This document shows, one piece after another, positions 36,044 to 40,960 of a DNA stretch of 40,960 nucleotides (position 1 is its first letter; each line of letters starts with the position of its first letter). The DNA comes from Acidobacteriota bacterium (lineage in GTDB: Bacteria > Acidobacteriota > UBA6911 > JACQSX01). Both the position numbers and the translations under genes were made by a program. Below the pieces are notes generated by a model that saw only the letters and a list, made by a program, of their open reading frames with translations, ran no database searches and was not told the DNA's origin. The stretch is taken from NCBI GenBank assembly GCA_016199665.1, contig JACQGG010000148.1:1-40960 (forward strand), given 5' to 3'.

Positions 36044-38931
36044 TTCGGACCTATACGCTAACTGTCAACGGCCAGGCGCGGGTCGTGGCCATCGCGCCGG
36101 GCGAAATATTGGCGGACGTGCTGCGGGACAAGCTGGGGCTGACCGGAACCAAGAAAGCCTGCAACCTGGGAGACTGCGGCGCCTGCACCGTCCTGGTGGA
36201 CGGCGAACCGATGACGAGTTGCCTTCTGCTGGCAAGCGAGATGGAGGGCAAAGCGATCACAACAATTGAAGGCGTGGCACAAAATGGCGGGCTGGCCCCT
36301 ATCCAAAAGGCTTTCATCCACGAAGGAGCGGTCCAGTGCGGCTACTGCACGCCGGGCATGATCCTGGCGGCGACTGCCTTGCTCGAAAAGAACCCGCAGC
36401 CCACGGTGGAGGAAATCAAGGATGGTCTGGCCGGCAACCTGTGCCGCTGCACCGGCTACGCCGGCATCATTCGGGCCGTCCGGCGCTGTGAGAACTACCG
36501 AGACGACGGCACCTGCGCCAAGAAGGAGGCCATGCCGGAGAACACCCGCTATAGAAGCGTAACCCTCTCAATGCCGCGCGTCGATGCTGCTGACAAGGTT
36601 ACGGGGCGAGCGCTGTACACCGCCGACATCACACTGCCCAACATGGCGTACGGCAAGATTCTGGGTTCCCCCATCGCGCACGGCCGCATCAGGGGGATTA
36701 ATGTTTCAAAGGCCAGGGCGCTACCGGGCGTTCTGGCAGTCATTACGGGAACCGATGTGCCGGACACACGGTACGGCGTCTCGCCCGCCCGTTACGACGA
36801 ATATGTCCTGGTGAAGGACAAGGTTCTCCACGAGGGGGACAATGTGGCGGCCGTGGCCGCTGTGGACGAGAAGACAGCCGAGAGGGCGCTCTCGCTCATT
36901 GAGGTCGACTACGAAGAACTGCCTCCTGTGCTGGACGTCTTCGAGGCTGTTGCCGAGGGAGCGCCGCAACTCCATGAGCGCTACGAGCGCAATATCAACA
37001 CAGTCGTGGAGCAGAATTTCGGCGACGTGGAGAAGGCCTTTGCGGAGTCGGACTGTGTCCGGGAAGAAACATTCACCGGCAATCATGTTTACCAGCAGCC
37101 GCTGGAGCCGCATGCTTCCCTGGCCTACTGGGAATACGATGGCACGCTCGTGCTCTACACCTCGACTCAGGTGCCGCATTACGTCCAGTACATGATGGCC
37201 CACGTGCTGCACATTCCGCTGGGCAAGGTTCGAGTCATCCGGCCGGCGGTGGGCGGGGGCTTTGGGGTCAAGGCGGCCACTTCCCCGCTGGACCTTTGCG
37301 CGGCCCTCCTGAGCAGGATCACAGGACGACCGGTGAGGATGGTTTTCACGCGCGAAGAAATGATGCGCTACGGCCGCGGGCGCCACAAACAGCACATGAA
37401 GATGAAACTGGGTGTGGATGGCAGCGGCAAGATCAAGGCTTTCCAGAATGAAATCTATCTGGATGGCGGGGCGTACACCTCGTTCGGCGTAGCCACCGCC
37501 TACTACGCGGGCAGCATGATGCCGACGCTGTATCACATTCCTAACTACAAGTACACCGGATATCGGGTGATGACCAACAAACCCGCCTGCGGCGCCATGC
37601 GCGGGCACGGTGTCCCCCAGCCGCGCTTCGCCTTCGAATGCCTGCTCAATATGCTTGCGGAGGATATCGGCATTGACCCCATCGAGATTCGCCTTCGCAA
37701 CGCGATGACTCCCAACACACGGAGCGTCAACGACCTGGATATCCAGAGCTGCGAGTTTGCGGCAACGCTGAAGTCCGTTTACGAAAAGTCGGGTTGGAAA
37801 GAAAAGTACGGCAAGCTGCCCCGGGGCAGAGGGATCGGGATCGGCTCGGGAGGGTTTGTCTCCGGAGCGGGTTACGCCATCTATCGGGGTCAGGTGCAGC
37901 TCTCGCACGAAAAGCCGCGCGAGCCATTCGTGAAAAAACCGATCTTTCCGCACGCCAATGCAGTGGTCAAAGTGAACGAGGATGGCATGGTCGTGATCGT
38001 GATGATCGGGGCGGCCGAAATCGGGCAGGGAGGCAACACCGTCCTGGTCCAGATTGCCGCCGAGGCGCTTGGCATTCCCGCTTCCCGCATCCGCATCCGG
38101 AGCGAGGACAGCGATATCTCGCCGATTGATCTGGGCGCCTACTCCTCCCGTGTCACACTGATGGGTGGAAACGCGGTCGCAACGGCGGCGGCGATGGTTG
38201 TGGACCGGATGAAACCGTATGCCGTCGCGATGCTCGGTTGCGGCGAGGCGGAAGTGAGAGCCCTCGACGCCAAGATGTTTGTCGCCGGCGACGAAAGCCG
38301 CAGCGTGCCCTGGGAAGAGGTTGCCCGGAAGTACTTCAACGACAAAGGGCCGCTGGTGGGCACCGGGTGCTACAAGCCACCCGAGGGCTTGGGGGGCGAT
38401 TACAAGGGGTCGACGGTTGGCACAAGCCCGGCCTATTCCTTCGGGAGCTCGGTGTGCGAGGTTTCCGTGGACATGGAAACCGGCAAGGTGAAGATTTTGC
38501 GTTTTACAGACTTCCACGACTGCGGCACGCCCATTAACCCTCAGATGGTTCACGGCCAGGTTGAGGGTGCCATCGTGATGGGAGCCGGCGAAACGATCCT
38601 GGAAGACGTGCAATTTGATGAAAAGGGGCGCATCCTTAATCCCAACCTGCACGGCTATTTGATAATGAGCATCAAGGACGCGCCGGAAATCTTCAGCGGT
38701 ATTGTGGACTCCTATGAGCCCGGCGGCCCATTCGGAGCCAAAGAGATCGGTGAAGGGAGCACGTTGCCGGTGCTCGGGGCAGTCGGCCATGCCATTGCCA
38801 ACGCCAGCGGCGTCTGGATCAAAGACCTGCCGATCACTCCAGAAAAGATATTGAAGGCAATCCGGGCCAGGCAGCCGACCAAGGAGCCCGGCGTTGTTTC
38901 AGGCAGCGCGCTGGTCCGATTGGAAGACTGA
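36040..38931 (+). CDS. Fused [2Fe-2S] (CoxS-like) and molybdopterin-binding (CoxL-like) subunit of an aldehyde oxidase/xanthine dehydrogenase-family enzyme
   Basis: The ATG at 36040 overlaps the upstream TGA (ATGA). The N-terminal ~160 aa carry both 2Fe-2S motifs: CNLGDCGACTV, CGYCTPGM and CRCTGY. A short linker leads into the Mo domain (RVDAADKVTGRALYTADI...GGGFG...GPFGAKEIGEGS). Confidence 0.92.
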   Translation: MIRTYTLTVNGQARVVAIAPGEILADVLRDKLGLTGTKKACNLGDCGACTVLVDGEPMTSCLLLASEMEGKAITTIEGVAQNGGLAPIQKAFIHEGAVQCGYCTPGMILAATALLEKNPQPTVEEIKDGLAGNLCRCTGYAGIIRAVRRCENYRDDGTCAKKEAMPENTRYRSVTLSMPRVDAADKVTGRALYTADITLPNMAYGKILGSPIAHGRIRGINVSKARALPGVLAVITGTDVPDTRYGVSPARYDEYVLVKDKVLHEGDNVAAVAAVDEKTAERALSLIEVDYEELPPVLDVFEAVAEGAPQLHERYERNINTVVEQNFGDVEKAFAESDCVREETFTGNHVYQQPLEPHASLAYWEYDGTLVLYTSTQVPHYVQYMMAHVLHIPLGKVRVIRPAVGGGFGVKAATSPLDLCAALLSRITGRPVRMVFTREEMMRYGRGRHKQHMKMKLGVDGSGKIKAFQNEIYLDGGAYTSFGVATAYYAGSMMPTLYHIPNYKYTGYRVMTNKPACGAMRGHGVPQPRFAFECLLNMLAEDIGIDPIEIRLRNAMTPNTRSVNDLDIQSCEFAATLKSVYEKSGWKEKYGKLPRGRGIGIGSGGFVSGAGYAIYRGQVQLSHEKPREPFVKKPIFPHANAVVKVNEDGMVVIVMIGAAEIGQGGNTVLVQIAAEALGIPASRIRIRSEDSDISPIDLGAYSSRVTLMGGNAVATAAAMVVDRMKPYAVAMLGCGEAEVRALDAKMFVAGDESRSVPWEEVARKYFNDKGPLVGTGCYKPPEGLGGDYKGSTVGTSPAYSFGSSVCEVSVDMETGKVKILRFTDFHDCGTPINPQMVHGQVEGAIVMGAGETILEDVQFDEKGRILNPNLHGYLIMSIKDAPEIFSGIVDSYEPGGPFGAKEIGEGSTLPVLGAVGHAIANASGVWIKDLPITPEKILKAIRARQPTKEPGVVSGSALVRLED

Positions 38932-39113
38932 AAAAGAAGGGGCAGAGCGGTACGATCCAGGAGTGAAGAGATGGTAGGGCGGGCGCCAGCAAGTCTATCG
39001 CAAGCGGGTGGGCCGCGTTGGGACGGCGGGAGTCCCTTTGGGTCCCATAGCCATCTTCCGCACAGGCGCAGATGATATTGCGGATTCCAGCGTGGATCGG
39101 CAGGGAGACTCTT

Positions 39114-40367
39114 GTGAGTGATCCTTCCTTTAAGTGGAGCTTGGCATTTCGGCGGCGGTCGGTATTTTCCACTCTGCTGGCGATACTCCCGCTGCTCTTG
39201 GCAGAGACCTTGTTGGGCCAAGACAACAGCCGCCTGCCTCCCCCTTTGGCTACTCCTTCCGTTGCCAAGCGCTCCCGGATCGTTCCCCGGCCTCAAGGAG
39301 CGCAGTTGAAGGTTCCGGCAGGCTTTCGAGTCGAAATCTTCGCCGACGGTCTGAACCAGCCACGCTGGATGGCGCTGTCACCCGGCGGGGATCTCTTTGT
39401 CGCCGAATCGCTCGCCAATCAAATCAGTGTCTTTCCGGCTGCAAAAGACGGCAAAGCGGGGCCGCGCGCCAGTTTCACTACCGAGGTCAGCGCGCCGTTT
39501 GGCATGGCTTTCTACGGGGATTACCTTTACGTTGGCAATACCGATTCCGTAGTCCGGTTCAAGTACCGGCCGGGGCAGTTGAAAGCCGAAGAATCTCCCG
39601 AGAAAATTGTCGAACTCCCGGCCGGAGGGGTCGTGCCTGACCGCGGAGGAAAAGGCCATTGGACCCGCACTGTCATTTTCTCTCCCGACCAGAAGAAAAT
39701 GTACGTTGCCGTCGGCTCCGCCACCAACAATTCGATTGAAAATGACAGCCGAAGGGCCGCCATCAATGAATACAACCCGGACGGCACGGGACACCGTATT
39801 TTTGCTTCCGGCCTGCGCAACCCGGTAGGTCTTGCGTTTTATCCCGCGAGCAGCCTGCTTTGGGTGACCGTCAATGAGCGTGATCGCCTGGGGGACGACC
39901 TGGTGCCGGACTTTCTGACATCGGTGAGAGAAGACGGTTTCTACGGCTGGCCCTACTCTTACATTGGGCAGAATTATGATCCCGATCACGCCGGCAAGCG
40001 ACCTGACCTGGTTGAGAAGGCAATCGTCCCTGATGTTCTGCTTCCGCCCCACGGAGCGTCGCTCGGTCTCTTGTTTTACACAGGCGCTCAGTTTCCAGTC
40101 CAATACCGCAACAGCGCTTTTGTAGCCCTGCACGGCTCCTGGAATCGGTCCAGTTTCAACGGCTATCAGGTCGTCCGCGTTCCGTTCAACAACGGACGCC
40201 CCGCAGGAAAACCGGAGACCTTTCTTTCAGGATGGATTGTGAGTGACCCGGATTCCACAGTCTGGGGGCGCCCGGTCGGCCTGCTCGTCTGGACTGACGG
40301 TTCGCTGCTTGTCACCGATGACGGGGGCGGCAGGATCTGGAGAGTCAGCTACCCAAACAGCCATTGA
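39114..40367 (+). CDS. PQQ-dependent sugar (sorbosone/glucose) dehydrogenase-family beta-propeller, secreted
   Basis: GFRVEIFADGLNQPRWMALSPGGDLFVAES...GLRNPVGLAFYP...LWVTVNERDRLGDDLVPD...GFYGWPY matches the family. The signal peptide is RRRSVFSTLLAILPLLLA. The preferred GTG at 39114 has GGGAGA upstream; the track start is 39072. Confidence 0.87.
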   Translation: MSDPSFKWSLAFRRRSVFSTLLAILPLLLAETLLGQDNSRLPPPLATPSVAKRSRIVPRPQGAQLKVPAGFRVEIFADGLNQPRWMALSPGGDLFVAESLANQISVFPAAKDGKAGPRASFTTEVSAPFGMAFYGDYLYVGNTDSVVRFKYRPGQLKAEESPEKIVELPAGGVVPDRGGKGHWTRTVIFSPDQKKMYVAVGSATNNSIENDSRRAAINEYNPDGTGHRIFASGLRNPVGLAFYPASSLLWVTVNERDRLGDDLVPDFLTSVREDGFYGWPYSYIGQNYDPDHAGKRPDLVEKAIVPDVLLPPHGASLGLLFYTGAQFPVQYRNSAFVALHGSWNRSSFNGYQVVRVPFNNGRPAGKPETFLSGWIVSDPDSTVWGRPVGLLVWTDGSLLVTDDGGGRIWRVSYPNSH

Positions 40368-40640
40368 CCCGGATTATGGATGAAGGCCCGTGGCGAGGCG
40401 CTCAGCAGAGAAATCGGTCAAGAGGAGGAAGGGGCGCAGGGATGTCTGAGAAATCGCTTCCAGAAGGGACAGTTCTGATATTCGTGCTTTTCGCGAGGGA
40501 CAGAACGGGCTCTTCTGGGGCCGGTGGGCACAGTCTGGACTGAAAACGAGAGTGGAACTGTCCAAGGGGATGTGGTCCGAAGTATACTTGCAGCTGCCCA
40601 GAAGTCCAAAACGGAAATCCTGGATAAAAAGGAGGTAGCG

Positions 40641-40960
40641 ATGCCAGAGTACTCTATTGGGGAATTTAGGGATTTTAGAATTCCCCCGGGGATTGGGAAG
40701 AAGATAGTTGCTATCACTGCCGTGATTGTCGCCCTCATTTTGGCGGCGGGAAGCATGGGGATAGTCGGCGCAGGACAACGAGGCGTCTTGCTGCGCTTCG
40801 GAGCCGTGACCGGGACGGTCAAGGAAGAAGGTCTCTATTTCAAGATTCCTTTCGCTGAACAGGTAGTTCTGATGTCAACCCAGATTCAGAAATACACCGC
40901 TCCTGTCGGCTCTTCCAGCAAGGACTTGCAAGTGGTTACCACAGAAGTCACCTTGAACTA
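40641..40960 (+). CDS. SPFH/band-7 (prohibitin/HflC-like) protein, 5' partial (runs off the right edge)
   Basis: AAAAGGAGG RBS precedes ATG 40641. The translation MPEYSIGEFRDF...KKIVAITAVIVALILAAGSMGIVGAGQRGVLLRFGAVTGTVKEEGLYFKIPFAEQVVLMSTQIQKY... has an N-terminal TM followed by the typical SPFH start. It is absent from the ORF track because no stop codon falls within the window. Confidence 0.8.
   Translation, partial: MPEYSIGEFRDFRIPPGIGKKIVAITAVIVALILAAGSMGIVGAGQRGVLLRFGAVTGTVKEEGLYFKIPFAEQVVLMSTQIQKYTAPVGSSSKDLQVVTTEVTLN

Noticed and set aside
36721-38790. 689-aa ORF on the minus strand
   Set aside because: It is antisense to the molybdopterin-binding subunit, whose plus-strand translation has canonical motifs throughout. 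It is a shadow ORF.
40442-40543. 33-codon ORF (MSEKSLPEGTVLIFVLFARDRTGSSGAGGHSLD) with AGGAGGAAGG upstream, ahead of the SPFH gene
   Set aside because: The RBS spacing is long (about 13 nt), there is no recognisable family, and there is no NfeD-like features expected next to SPFH genes. Chance occurrence cannot be excluded.

Overview
GC-rich bacterial chromosomal segment (taxon cannot be determined without a database search), densely coding on both strands and mostly housekeeping.

**Gene content by region**
- **1-3.6 kb:** a visibly more AT-rich, decayed accessory island. It holds a frameshifted tyrosine-recombinase fragment, an internally deleted DNA-methyltransferase remnant, a nucleotidyltransferase remnant, two toxin-antitoxin pairs and an orphan DUF3883-like nuclease domain.
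- **3.6-7.8 kb (minus):** a secreted amidohydrolase and an APC-family permease with a C-terminal USP-like domain.
- **8.0-16.1 kb (minus):** a tightly coupled eight-gene assimilatory sulfate-reduction/siroheme operon: sir, unknown ORF, DUF2061, sirC-like, cobA, cysH, cysD, cysN.
- **16.4-24.2 kb (plus):** geranylgeranyl-reductase-family flavoprotein, rpiA, and a four-gene envelope module (ABC ATPase, double-FtsX permease, LolA-like protein, beta-barrel OMP).
- **24.3-25.4 kb:** rhodanese and a CMD-family protein.
- **25.4-30.7 kb (minus):** ilvB-ilvN-ilvC-ilvD.
- **30.9-34.7 kb:** DAACS symporter, SSS symporter with its DUF3311 partner, and a secreted NTF2-like protein.
- **35.2-38.9 kb:** a xanthine-dehydrogenase-family molybdenum hydroxylase with a separate FAD subunit and a fused 2Fe-2S/Mo subunit.
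- **39.1-40.96 kb:** a PQQ-type sugar dehydrogenase and a partial SPFH/band-7 gene.

No rRNA, tRNA or CRISPR array was seen.

**Most notable observations**
1. The sir operon has a roughly 260-nt leader. It contains a sigma70-like promoter, a 33-codon ORF with three consecutive Cys codons, a canonical intrinsic terminator, and an alternative antiterminator pairing. This looks like a cysteine-codon translational attenuator.
2. CysN carries a C-terminal APS-kinase homology domain whose P-loop and LDGDN motifs are lost. This fits the Fe-S (APS-type) CysH encoded in the same operon.
3. The sulfite reductase has an all-helical C-terminal extension of about 150 aa, and it is followed by an unrecognisable 192-aa ORF embedded in the operon.
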